A stretch of DNA of 58,277 nucleotides, counting the filler, from Sphacelaria rigidula (taxonomy: Eukaryota): assembly GCA_964200075.2 (NCBI GenBank). It is 9 parts of 9 records of this genome, joined end to end, with 100 filler letters (N's around TTAATTAATTAA, not from the genome) between each part and the next. Parts side by side here need not be neighbours in the genome. Positions count along the whole stretch, not along the records: positions 12,975 to 19,361 come from CAXNAA020020390.1; positions 19,462 to 25,847 come from CAXNAA020020391.1; 7 more parts are not named here. The stretch is one strand, 5' to 3'. A program made the position numbers and the translations under genes. Of this stretch, positions 12,975 through 24,357 are shown one piece after another (within the stretch, counting starts at the first letter, position 1; each line of letters opens with the position of its first letter). The notes beneath the pieces are model-generated. The model saw only the letters and a list, made by a program, of their open reading frames with translations, was not told where the DNA came from and did not search any database.

Positions 12975-13915
12975 TCACTGTCGATCAGGGTTTGAGGGAA
13001 TCGGCCATCTGTCGGGGGTCGGGAAGGTCTGGCCTCATGTTGGACGGGTCCAAATATTTGCGCTGCACTCTGCCATCCGTCATGGTGCGGTATGTGATGC
13101 GCTTGTTGAGATCGTAGCCCATCACAGGCTTAGCGATCTGGACGATCGTAAGTCGCTCGTTCCTGTCCACCTCGCCGTCTACAGACTCGTTGCAGACCAT
13201 GTTGTCAGTATATAGGGCTCCCCGGCGAAGGCTATCCTTGGCAGAGTCACACCAACCTTCGCCCCCCGCGCAAAGGTATCCTGGGTCGCCCCAACGATCC
13301 CGTCGACATCGAAGACTTTCGGAGAGATGTTTCTCGCCGAGCCCCTGAGGTGCCCGCGACGTGACCCGACCAATGTTTCGTGAAGTGGGCGCCAGAATGC
13401 CACATAGGCCGTACCGCAATGGCTCCACGCTCCCGTTGATTTGGAAGAGACAGCTCCGCGTGAGCGTATCTGTGCGCAAACTCCACTGGCACTTTATCCG
13501 ACGAGCGATGCGCCGCTAATCCCACTTGACGCCACGGCTGCGCAAGCTGCGCAGGCGAATAGGCCCCGGCAAGTTGAAAGACCACCGTCTCTGGGTGCGA
13601 TCCCCAGCCAGCAGACCGAGAATTTGGCGAAGGTTGGTGTGACTCTTGCCGAGGATAGCCTTCGCCGTGGAGCCCTATATACTGACAACATGGTCTGCAA
13701 CGAGTCTGTAGACGGCGAGGTGGACAGGAACGAGCGACTTGCGATCGTCCAGATCGCCAAGCCTGTGATGGGCTACGATCTCAACAAGCGCATCACATAC
13801 CGCACCATGACGGATGGCAGAGCGCAGCGCAAATATTTGGACCCGTCCAACATGAGGCCAGACCTTCCCGACCCCCGACAGATGGCCGATTCCCTCAAAC
13901 CCTGATCGACAGTGA
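12975..13915. repeat. Inverted duplication: 12975-13263 is the reverse complement of 13626-13915
   Basis: ORFs 12985-13479(-) and 13441-13905(+) share a near-identical C-terminus (DSLRRGALYTDNMV...DSLKP) with scattered substitutions. Confidence 0.95.
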
Positions 13916-14363
13916 ACCAAGTCACCGACCGGGAATGCGTCAGGAGGTGGGTGGATGAATTTGGCCCGCAATCATCACTTTGTATCCCCAGCACGAGTTC
14001 CGGTACATGGGCGGACGGGCGGTGAAAGTGCGAACGGAGGGATGAACGCTTGCGCCGGCTGTGGTATCAACCCCACCCGTAGCAGCCTTGTCGCCACACT
14101 CATAATATCGCCGCTGGTGTACACGAAGGTTTCTGCTGTGTGCAGTTGCACCGGGGCTACGAACTGCACGGTTGGTGGCGGGTGCTGGTGCGGGTAGAGG
14201 TGTGTGCCGCTGTTTGTGCTGCTGCTCTGCGACACGCGGCGCAGGTGGGACCGAATTCTACAGTGTGGTACACTGCGCCGGCGCCGATGGTGGTCCCGGT
14301 GAGTACACCGGCGGCAGCGTCAGGCGCGACGCCTGCTGATGCGCTGGTCGGAGGTTTGCTGAG

Positions 14364-17300
14364 TTTTTCGTCTACTGGCTGGGGATCGTACCCGGAGACG
14401 GTGGCGTTTCATCACACCGGGGTGTTCTCGCCTGCGCAGCTTGCGCAGCCGTGGCGTCAAGTGGGATTAGCGGCGCATCGGTCGTCGGATAAAGTGCCCG
14501 TGAAGTTCGCGGACAAATACGCCCGTACGGAGCTGTGTCTTCCAAATCAACGAGAGTGTGGAGCCATCGCGGTTTGGGCTATGTGGCATTCCGGCGCCCA
14601 CTTCACGAGATGTCGGTACAGATTATAGAGATGCCGGAGCGTTTCCTCCCTGGTGTGCCACTGCGCATTCCGTTCTCGTTCGGGGCTCGGCAGGCCGTAA
14701 CGGCGCCGGGTTAGCATGTTTTCGTCACGGAGCGCACAGTTCCGCTGTAGCTGGCTTCCACCACTGCCTGGGGGCCGGCGCCATTGCCTCCGATCTCCTT
14801 CGCAAGTATGCGGGGGTCGGATGGCGTTTTTTTTTTGTGGTCGCCGATGCTTCAGTATCTTGGAGTCGACTTGTATGAGCGATTGCGGGATTCCACCGAG
14901 ACGCGAATGTCTCCGCCTGGTCCGCACGTGGAGACTCCCGCCTTTTTCGTGCAGTCGTCGCGTGAGCTTGTCGGTGGATACTTTCGAGGAGGCTGGGGAG
15001 CAGGTGACCAAGGAGCTGGATGCGGCGGTGGAACGCTTGGTGGAGCGCGGCCCGGATATGTTCATGGATCCGCCGGAAGGAGTCCGCTGGTAAGGTCGCG
15101 CTCGAGGAGAGGGTGACGGATGCGGTGGCGAAAGGCGTCGACGCCTCAAAAGCGTAGCGCCTGCATGGCATATTGCATAGCCGCGTTAACGCGTTTCGTC
15201 GTGCGCTGCGGGAGTATCCCCCTTCGCGCGTGGAGGCCATGCGTGTTCAGCTTAAACCTGGGTCGTCCGCGGCGGTACGATCCAGTGAAGTCGAGTTGGT
15301 TGGCGTCGTGCATGACGGCTTTTTTGGCGCCCGGGTTAGGGTTACGGAACTTGCAGGCGGGGTGGTCGAGTCTTGATATGGCGGTTCCGATGAAGGCTGC
15401 ATCGTGGAGGGATGGCAGGCTGCAGGCGTGGGCGGCAGCGAAGGTTCTGATGGCTTATGCCGTGACGCTGTCCCATCCTCGTCCTGATTGTCAGGTGTTG
15501 ATGTTTCCGGATGCATCTGAGTGCCATTGGGGTAGTTTTGTCACGCAGGTGCCTAAAGTTGAAATGCAAATACGCTTGCCGATCATGGATATGACGCATG
15601 AACCGCTGGCTTTCCTCAGTGGTAATTTCAAGAGTTTGCAGTTGCGTTGGGCCACAATTGACAGCAAAGGTTTTGGCATCGTGAGCACTTTTCGTCGTTT
15701 GAAACATCTTTTGTGGGAGGTCGTGCACATTTTCACGTATTACCGAAATCTCGTAAATATTTTCAGGCCGGAAGCGTGCGTTACGTCTGTGTCGAAGGCA
15801 TTGGCATAACGTTTGCAGGGTTGGAAAGGTGTTCTTGGTCAGTATCGTTACTCAATTTGCCATATTTCGGGTTACCTGCTTTCGCGTGGGGTGAATATTC
15901 CGGCTTTGCGTGTGCGCGCTGTGGCTGTGTATGGTCCGTGTGAACCTGATGACTCGATGCCGTCCGAATCTGTTGTCCGCCAAGCGCAATGAAAAGACCT
16001 TGGGGCCGAAGAGGTGGATGCGCAATCTTTCGAGTCGGACGTTGGTACTGCTATCTTGCACAGTGAAGGTCTGTTTCGTGTGCATGTGCGTGGCCGAAAC
16101 GTTTTGTGGATTCCGAGTTCTGATAGGCAGTTGAAGGTACATTTGATGATTTGCGCGCACGTACGCGACGCCGGGCATCGTGGTGTGACTGCGACGCTCG
16201 TGCGCTTGCAAGAGTTTTGTGTCTGGCAGGGTATAGGTGACTCATGTCCGCGACTTTGCCCGCCAGTATTTTCACTGTGCTGACTCGAGGGCGGGTGATA
16301 ATGTTCCCCGCCCGCTCGGTAAAACGGTCCAGGGGATCATGCCGGATGAAGTCGTCCATTTTGACTTATTGTACGTGGGCGAGAGTGGCCCGCTAGCTTC
16401 CTAAGGTTTGTCGGAGGATGCTGGGTTTCGATACATTTTGGCAATCATGGATGGTTTGAGCAACTTTGTGTCGCTGGAACCAGTAGCAGTGTGTACTGCT
16501 GAATCGACTGCTGCATCTTCGCTAAATTGGTGCAAAACTTTGGGGGTGCCGCGTGTGTGGGTGAGTGATACCGCCACGCATATCAAGAATGCGACTTTGG
16601 CTCGATTGCGAGAGGCTTTGCACGTTTATCACCAGTTTGCGGTGGCGTATTCTCCGTGGTCTAATGGCACGTGCGAACGCATGGTCAAGGAAGTAGTTCG
16701 TACTCTTTGCTCTATTCTTCTCGAGCAGCGTAGAGCAGTTTCCGAGTGGGTGGACGTGTTGCCCGCGGTGCAACGGGCGCTCGATACAGCGTGTCGTCGT
16801 CGTTACGATAGTACGCCGTACTACGTTATGTTTGGTCGTGGTCCTCGGACGTCTTTCTCGGTGTGGCGTATTCGTCGGCGGGGGAATGGAAGTGTGATTT
16901 TCTGGACGATGTTCAAATTAAGAGTACATTACGAGGAGTCTTGGACTTGCACGAACGTTTCCACGTTCAAGTGCAGGAACTTGTTGCCGCTGAACGTGCG
17001 CGTAGACGTGAGGGGTCCTCGTCGGGGCTGGAACTGCCGAATTTCGAGGTAGACGACTATGTCTTGTATGCACGCGTGCGTCGTCCGGGTGTTACGCCCA
17101 AGTTGATGGCGACGTGGACTGGTCCATGGAGAGTGGTCGGGGCTCATCGCCCGCACGTGTTTGAGACTCAGAACATTGTTTCGGGTCGTGTTCAGACCGC
17201 CCATGTAGCTCGTTTGCGTTTTTCTGCAGACTTGCCGCTTAATGTTACGGCTGACGTTGATGACGTTCCAGAACGCTTTCAATCAGGGGCAGTTTCAGAT

Positions 17301-17511
17301 GGCTGGTATAGTCCGAGTGGCAGAAGCAGACGATCGTTCGTTGATCGTGTTGGTCGACTCGGTTGGTTTCAAAGTTGAGGAGCGTACGTGGGAGCCTTTC
17401 AAGGATATTTTTGAGGCCGCTCCGGAATTTCTCACGAAGGAGTTGCATGAATTGCGCGTGACTCGTGCCGTTGCTGCTCGCATTACGAGTGAGTTTGGTA
17501 TTCAATTGTGA
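14364..17511 (+). mobile_element. Degenerate Ty3/gypsy LTR retrotransposon pol (chromodomain type)
   Basis: Protease-like AMWHSGAHFT, RT N-terminus RPRRY...WSSLDMAVPMK, RNase H QVLMFPDASECHWG...PLAFLSG, integrase zinc finger HVRDAGHRG..CxxC remnant, DDE core (HFDLL / VSDTATH / NGTCER), TGPW motif and chromodomain-like VLVDSVGF...TWEP; several stops and frameshifts. Confidence 0.9.
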
Positions 17512-17586
17512 CTTACTCCTCGTTTTGGCGTTTTCTGTGTGTAAAGCTGTTTGCTCGATGTTGGTCCTTTCGCGCTTTGATGGTAC

Positions 17587-17814
17587 TGTGACGAAATACG
17601 CCGTTACGTTGAGTTGGTAGTGATGAGACGTTGAGTTGGTAGTGATGATGTGGATAATGACTGGGGGCACGGGGATTCTGGAGGATCCTGGATAATGACC
17701 GGGGACTCGGGGAATATACCTCGGTTGGTGCCTGGCAAGACACTCCTGATAATGAGATGTTGTAAAGGCTGACAACTGAAACTGAGGTCAGAAAGACTGG
17801 GGAGTCCCTTAACA
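17587..17814. repeat. Possible LTR (TGT...ACA)
   Basis: Follows the pol stop, has TG...CA termini and internal direct repeats (ACGTTGAGTTGGTAGTGATGA x2); no clear PPT or TSD. Confidence 0.3.
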
Positions 17815-17829
17815 GCAGTGATTCATTAG

Positions 17830-18740
17830 TTCTTCTGGCTGGCAGACCCACTCGTGTGCGTGGTTGACTTCTACACCGTAGACGAACCATTGCCGTGGCG
17901 CTCCTTTGCGCGGAACAGTCCCTAGAGCACGTAGTTTACCCCAGAGATTTTGCTCCCGTTGTTTGGGGGCGCGGCCAGCCTTCATGGGCCCTCGTGCGCT
18001 TAAGCGTCCATTCATGATGCGTTTGGGAAGGCGTACCCCTTCTGCGAGACAACGGCTCCCGCGAACCAGAATTGACGCTTGCGGATAGTCTTCCCGATAC
18101 GTTCGCAGTTAGTCATCTCGAGCACCGCTCTATACGAGAGAATCTTGGGCCGTTTCGATCTTTCCTGTTGAATTCAACCACTCGTAGCAAACGTTTGTGA
18201 TGGGCAGTGCGCAGACTGTCGAAGTCCTCAGAACGTAACGTCCATGTGGCAGATCCGTACAACAGAGCTTCCACCACCTCCGCTTTCAGCAGCAGGACTT
18301 TCAAGGTAGCTGGGCATTGGGTCAATCGTAGATTTGGGAACTATATGTTTGGACACGTGCCCACGCTGTGCTGATGCGGCGGTTGATTTCGATGGACATT
18401 TTCGCATCCGCGCTGACAGCGCCTCCAAGGTAGACGAACGTGGCAGTCTGCGTAAACCGTTTGCCGGCCGCCTTGATGTGCAGGGCGGTATCCGTGGAAC
18501 TGGGTACTGACCACAAACGCATGGACTATGTCTTGCTCTCCGAGAACGTCAGCCCGAACTCCTGGCAGGTTACCACACCACGGCCATCATTGGAGTAAGG
18601 CCATCTGAGGTCCTCGAGACTATGCCGGCGTCGTCCGCTCACAGCATTGCCCACACCGCGTGCCGTACCTTTTCCAGCGCCGTCTCTTCCAGGGGTTCAC
18701 CATCGTCACCTTTGGCGCAGTATCTAGAAAAACCTAGTCT
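17830..18740 (-). mobile_element. RTE-like LINE, 5'-truncated RT C-terminal remnant
   Basis: ADDAGIVSR, FVYLGG...EINRRISTAWA, ALLYGSATWTL and KRIMNGRL..GRAPKQ; frameshifted; related to 29066-32009. Confidence 0.85.
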
Positions 18741-18782
18741 GAGACGAGGAATGGGTCTGCCGCGAACCGCTGTACGATCACG

Positions 18783-18920
18783 CACACGTGGACAGATAGC
18801 ACCCTGTAGGACACCTCAACAGGGTTCAGCAACCCTGTACAGCATTCGCAAACCTAGTACCTCTACCAGCATTTTGTATAGCGTTTTCTCGACACACTCA
18901 CTGTGAGCAACCCTGTGGAG
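18783..18920 (+). mobile_element. Terminus of a repeat family starting CACACGTGGACAGATAGCACCCTGT
   Basis: Identical 25-mer at 32098; internal ACCCTG/CAGGGT short repeats. Confidence 0.55.
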
Positions 18921-20111
18921 GCACTCCCAATTTGAAGAATCCAAATTATTTTGTTTCAAGATCTGTCGAATTATTCATGGAACAGAAGCTGTCCGAAATA
19001 AATCCTCTTTCTGCCCAATTTCCAATATTGAGAAAGAAAAGGATTTCTTCGGGCAGCTTCTGCTGTACAAATCACATACACTGGCAAAATTGGAATTTGT
19101 ACAGCAGAAGCTGCTCGAAATAAATTTTCACTTTGCCCACCAATGCATCGAAAAATTGGGCAAAATGAGAACTTATTGCGAATAGCCTCAGCTGTGCAAG
19201 TCTAACATACTGTACCGTAATCGGCGTATGAGATTCGAGAGGCACAGGAAATTGTTAAAAACCCATTTCTTTGCCCCCGATTCACATGTCACTTGGTGCA
19301 AAAAGGGAATTTTCAACAGCATGTAACAGCCGATTTTATATTTTGGGGTTCAAACAAAATANNNNNNNNNNNNNNNNNNNNNNNNNNNNNNNNNNNNNNN
19401 NNNNNTTAATTAATTAANNNNNNNNNNNNNNNNNNNNNNNNNNNNNNNNNNNNNNNNNNNNCCTGACACCGTTTGGAACCAAAGACAAGAGCAACGCAAG
19501 GGTGGAAGGATGTCTGACACACTTTTGATCCTCTTTTTTCGTGCAACCAAATACCCCCCCCCTGTCGTAGGATGACTCCTCAATATCTCTCACACACTCA
19601 CCAAACACTCATATGCGAACCCCAGAGCAAGGCATGATGGCAGCGGCACCCGAACCAGACCAGACAGGACTGCGGGCGTGGGGCTCCCCAGATGCGTGTA
19701 CAGCAATCGCATTGTACTCGCACAATCTACGTCATAATGACCTATACTTCTGGTTGGCTATCATTTGGCTATCATAATTCTCCGCGGTCCCAACATGGTC
19801 GATGCTACATGTACTGCACGATATCTTACATCATTCTCGCTCATGACTGAGGGTGAACATAATCGATCACGGTCGTCGATGGTGCACTCGTACAAACCGA
19901 GGGAGTGGTGGGTGGGGGTGACGACTGGCGGAGCTCGCAGAGTGAAAAAGTAGAGAGTCGATCGCCCAGGGGAGGCCCCATCTGCACTGTCTCTAGTACC
20001 TAGGCGTCAGAGGTGAACACACTGGAGTTATCGGCATCCGTTCTAATGGGGGTGAGAGTCATATTCGACATCCGTCTGTGGGGAGGTGGTGACAGGGAGG
20101 GGGGGGGGGAG

Positions 20112-20318
20112 TAATGCGTGAGAGGACCGCGTGCTTGGAGGACCGCATCGGAATTTAGACACCCTTATGGTTAGGGTTATGGTCAGGGGTATGGTCAGGC
20201 GTATGGTCAGGGGCCTGGTACCTGCAGGGACTGGCCCGATTGGTTTCGAAAAATGTCGATCCTGAGGTGTGTTGGACTTCGGCGCGGTCCTCTAAGCACG
20301 CGGTCCTCTCGCGTATTA
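20112..20318. mobile_element. MITE with about 35-bp TIRs and TA at both ends
   Basis: TAATGCGTGAGAGGACCGCGTGCTTGGAGGACCGC ... GCGGTCCTCTAAGCACGCGGTCCTCTCGCGTATTA, with internal 12-bp TATGGTCAGGGG-like repeats; a second end is at 32010. Confidence 0.8.
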
Positions 20319-20619
20319 CAGGGAGCACAGATAGTGCCGCCGCCTCGGCCTCAGGCAATGCACATTCTGACCCTCACTATGTAGGCAGGAAATTACAGCC
20401 GTGGGACACCGATGTTCCATTTTTTAATAAATACCCACAGTGAATATTCTAAAGAGGCAGAAAACATCCAAGCATATCCCCCTGGCGCACGTTCATGTTT
20501 CGCTCATCCCACCCCGTCGCCCGCTTGATTCGTGCCCGCCGTGTTGTCTGCTCAGGTTTAGAGCACTTGACCAAACGTCTTGTGGTACAATGAAAACTAT
20601 CTGCTTGCCCCGATGCAGA

Positions 20620-22960
20620 ACAGCTGGATCCGTACTACGGCGCAGGGTCATGCCGTCGACTATGTCGTGGAGGTAGGCTGTCACAGAGGGTGGATACCCG
20701 GCAGTCGAAGCCTGCCACGCGGAGAAGATGCGTTCTGAATGGACGGACGCCGAGACAGAACTGGTCTTGCTGGCATACGACGACCCTGACACTGTTGGAA
20801 TGATCAAGGCGCACGAGCAACAAGAGCGAACGGACAAGCTCGAAGAATGCGGCACGAAGCTCAACCCATCATCCACGAAGCTTTTTCCCCGCGGGCCACA
20901 CTTCCAGAGTCTGCTTCACAATAACAGCAAACATGTCCAGAATTACCTGGCCGCCGGTGCGTTCAAGCGGATACTACTTGAGAAAAATGAAGGGCCGTTG
21001 ATCGTCACTCACGGGGCCAGCATGCCGACTGTTCGCAGTAGCTTCACGCCTACGGCTGCGGCAGGAGTAGGAGGGCACGTTGGACGGGAGCGGGGAGGGA
21101 GAATGGCGACGACAGCGGCCGCCAGGTGCGAGTCTGTGGTATACGTCGCCCGGGGTGGGCGCGTTCAGTGAGGGGAAAGAAGGCCCTGTCAAGAGACTCC
21201 AAGCCGCAGCGCTGAGGAGTGGGGGAGCGTTGATAGGACATGCTGCCGATGCGAGCGTAGTGGGTGATAGGGTGCAAAGGCTCACCCGGCAGTTTTCTGC
21301 GGCCGCGGTACCAGGCAAGCAAAGGGGCGAGAAAGCGGCTGTGGTGACGGCAGACGCGATGGGAGGCGCCGGTGTTGTTGTCAGCGGTTTGGGAGGTGCG
21401 ACCCCGCAGTGGAATGCGGCAGCGATGATGGGCGAGCTACCGTGGGGGGTAGCGGGGGAGGAAACAGCTGTGGCGACTTCACGGGCGAGTGTTGGCGGCG
21501 GGCTCGCGGTTGCGGCCAGCCGGGGGCATTCACTGGCTGTATCAAGCGGATGGGGAGAGGGGGAAGCGGCGATGCCGCCGGTGGTGCGGCATGTGAAGGC
21601 TTCGATGACGGGGGTACGGCAGGGGCGGCCTCGCGGTCTTATCTTGCGGCGGTGACGGGCCAGCGATCGAGCGGGGTGGCGCCGGTGCCGACGACGGTGC
21701 CGAACACGAGTCTTCGCACCCGCGCAGGGGTTATGGCGATTCCGCGATCATATCGTGCCGCGTTGACAGGCTGTGAGAGGGGCAGGGAAGCGGCGGCAGG
21801 AGAACCACACGCGCCAAGTGAGGCGCTCCCCGACGTATCTACTCGTGCCGCGCAACGTCACCTGTTGTGGTGGCGTCATGGCAGTGGGCTTGATGTGAGT
21901 GTTCGTAGTGCACCTGGATCCGACAGAGATGAGGGAGAGATGTCCACAGTCTACTTCATCATACACCCCGGGAGATTGTTCAAGAAATCCGTGAAGAAAT
22001 GGCTCGTGACTTCCATCGACATTGATCAATGGATCATTGTTCTCCTAGCAATGTCTTCCGGGTGTATCATGCCGCATGGCTCAGACGCCCTGCATGTCAC
22101 TGTCAAACGCATGGTGATTGGTGGCCTCCGGTACATACTGGTGAACCGGGTGTACAGTGCGATCGAGAATCGAAGGGGCGGGAGCGAGAGTGCTTGGCTG
22201 CCCGACCGCAAGTACGATTGGATGACAGCGTCAATCAAGGTGACACTGTTAGGTTTTACCTACCTGCTGGCCGGGTGCGACTTTTTACCACGTGTGTCCA
22301 GGATTCCTTTCCTGAAGACGTGGGATTTTATTCTCAAGGTCATTCGCACGCCGAATCTCTTCCCAAAAGCGATATTGGTGGACGAAGATGGGACACTGAG
22401 GGTAGAGGTGGACGAGGGCGTAAAGCTGCTGGCCACAGGTTTCTTCGTCAGGCACGACGATTATTTCGCACAAGTTGCCGAGGATCCAGGGCTTCTGTTC
22501 ACCACGTGCGGACAGGATTTGGCGTCGTACGTGAACAAGATCCGCTCGTGCATCACCACAGTACATGGTCACCTGCCTTCCCGCTGCTGCTCAGACTTGG
22601 ACGCCTGTAGGAAGCATGTCAGTACGTTGGATGCAGGTTCGAATACCGAGGGGGAGCTTTCTAGACGAGGTGCTCCCAGTGGACTTCAACGGACGCAGGG
22701 GGAGCATATAACATGAGGGGAGGACTCACTACAACGATGGTGTAAAATCGGCGAGCACAGCGGGGGTGGAGCTCGCACGCGACAACACTGTTGTGTACTT
22801 GTCGGGTCACACGTACGTCGGCACATCCGGGAACCTGCGAATACTTGGATATACATGCAACCCGAAAAAGGCGGCGATAAAACACAGATACCGGATTTGC
22901 AGGTGTTTGGTGAACTGTACACTGAGCTGCAGTTACCAGGGTCGCTGCTTCCTGCCCCCG
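20620..22960 (+). pseudogene. Disrupted XPG/FEN1/PIN-fold nuclease with C-terminal Cys cluster; AcademX-like transposon remnant
   Basis: Ordered motifs across ORFs 20728-21171, 21409-22716 and 22766-23299: LLAYDDP..IKAHEQQER, FQSLLHNNSK, DEGEM, VTSIDIDQW, YILVNRV, YLLAGCDFLP, LDACRKH, then CNPKK...CRCLVNCTLSCSYQGRC. Confidence 0.6.
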
Positions 22961-24301
22961 CCCTCTTCGCGAGCGGCTGCCGCGAATCTCCCTGGTGATT
23001 CCGGCGACGGACACGGCGGTGCACGCGGCCGATCTCGAAACGGGAGAAGTCGATCAACATCACCTGCTAATATGACCGATGGTGAGGGGCGTTACTGGCA
23101 CGGCGGCAGGAGGGGAAGGGTAGAGGGAGCGCATCTGGGACAAGATCCGATCAGTCGCTACTTTTGCGACGGTGGATCAGATGAACCCATCGGACACAAG
23201 TTGAACTCTTCAGCCGGAATCTGTTGGAAATATTTGGCTCGTGGTGTTAGGTACTGTTCTCGAAACACACCGACTACCGTCGCAGGGACAGTAGTATGAC
23301 AGAGGTTGCACAGTGGTAGTCAAACCACTTGCTCCTGCAGCAGACAGAGAGTCAAAAGACAGATGATGTTTGGGGCTCTTCGCTCGGCCGAACAAAATCA
23401 AGGAGCCTATTTTTAATGCAGAGGGCTGAGGAAACGAAGGAGAGCTGGGTAAGCTTGGGAGAGTGATTGCAAGGGCGGTAGAGACCACCTATTCCAAGCA
23501 TACTCAATCCTCGAACAAAAATCAAAGATCTCTACACGTACGCAAGATCAAATCGTATCATCCAATTCAACCTCGCTACTGCTGACGCGGTAGCCTTGCC
23601 AGTTCTTTAGCTTGGATCAACTGCAAACTTGCACGCAAGACATCTTACAGCTTACGTGGAATAAATCCTCTGCTACAGTATATTTCACTGACAAATCATG
23701 GCAACACGCCTACTCCAGCGATATCCTACATGAAACCTCATTCAAACAAGTAGACTATAATTCATCACAAAAGTGGTACTCTCCGTGAAAAAAAACCGAT
23801 GAAACGATATGACATGGGTCATAGTTTCGTTGACCCGCAAAACGTTACTCAGTGATATAGTGAAAAAAAACCGCAACAACTGGGCGAACTGCAGGTGACG
23901 CAATCGCCGAAATATTCACCTGCAAACTCTGCTCCAGTGCACTGTAAGTTGATATCGCTAGAAGGACACTACCATCACCACCTTGCCGGCTGCCAAACTG
24001 CCAGGACGGAGGATCCGCTAGCACTGCTACTGTCTGTACGGGTTGTTACCCCCTTGTCGAGTACGTTTTGGAGCATGATGCTCGATATAGATCATCCTTG
24101 TACACGGGCACCAAACGCTGGGTGTTCTCACTCAAGACTTCGATTTGGAGGATGATACTAGGTAGGCAAAAGCAATTGCTGTGTGTCGAGGTCCCCCATG
24201 AAGCAGGATAGGTTGGTTCCTGTTGGACAAAGGTTTCCCCCAAAAACTCGCTATCAATAAGGGTTTTATAGTGGAAAAAACTAGCAAAACAAATGTCACA
24301 A

Positions 24302-24357
24302 AAATCGAGTCGCAGAAATCAAGTAGCAGAAATCAAGTCGCAGAAATCAAGTCGCAA
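24302..24357. repeat. 14-bp tandem repeat (AAATCAAGTCGCAG) x4
   Basis: Directly visible, with about one mismatch per unit. Confidence 0.9.
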
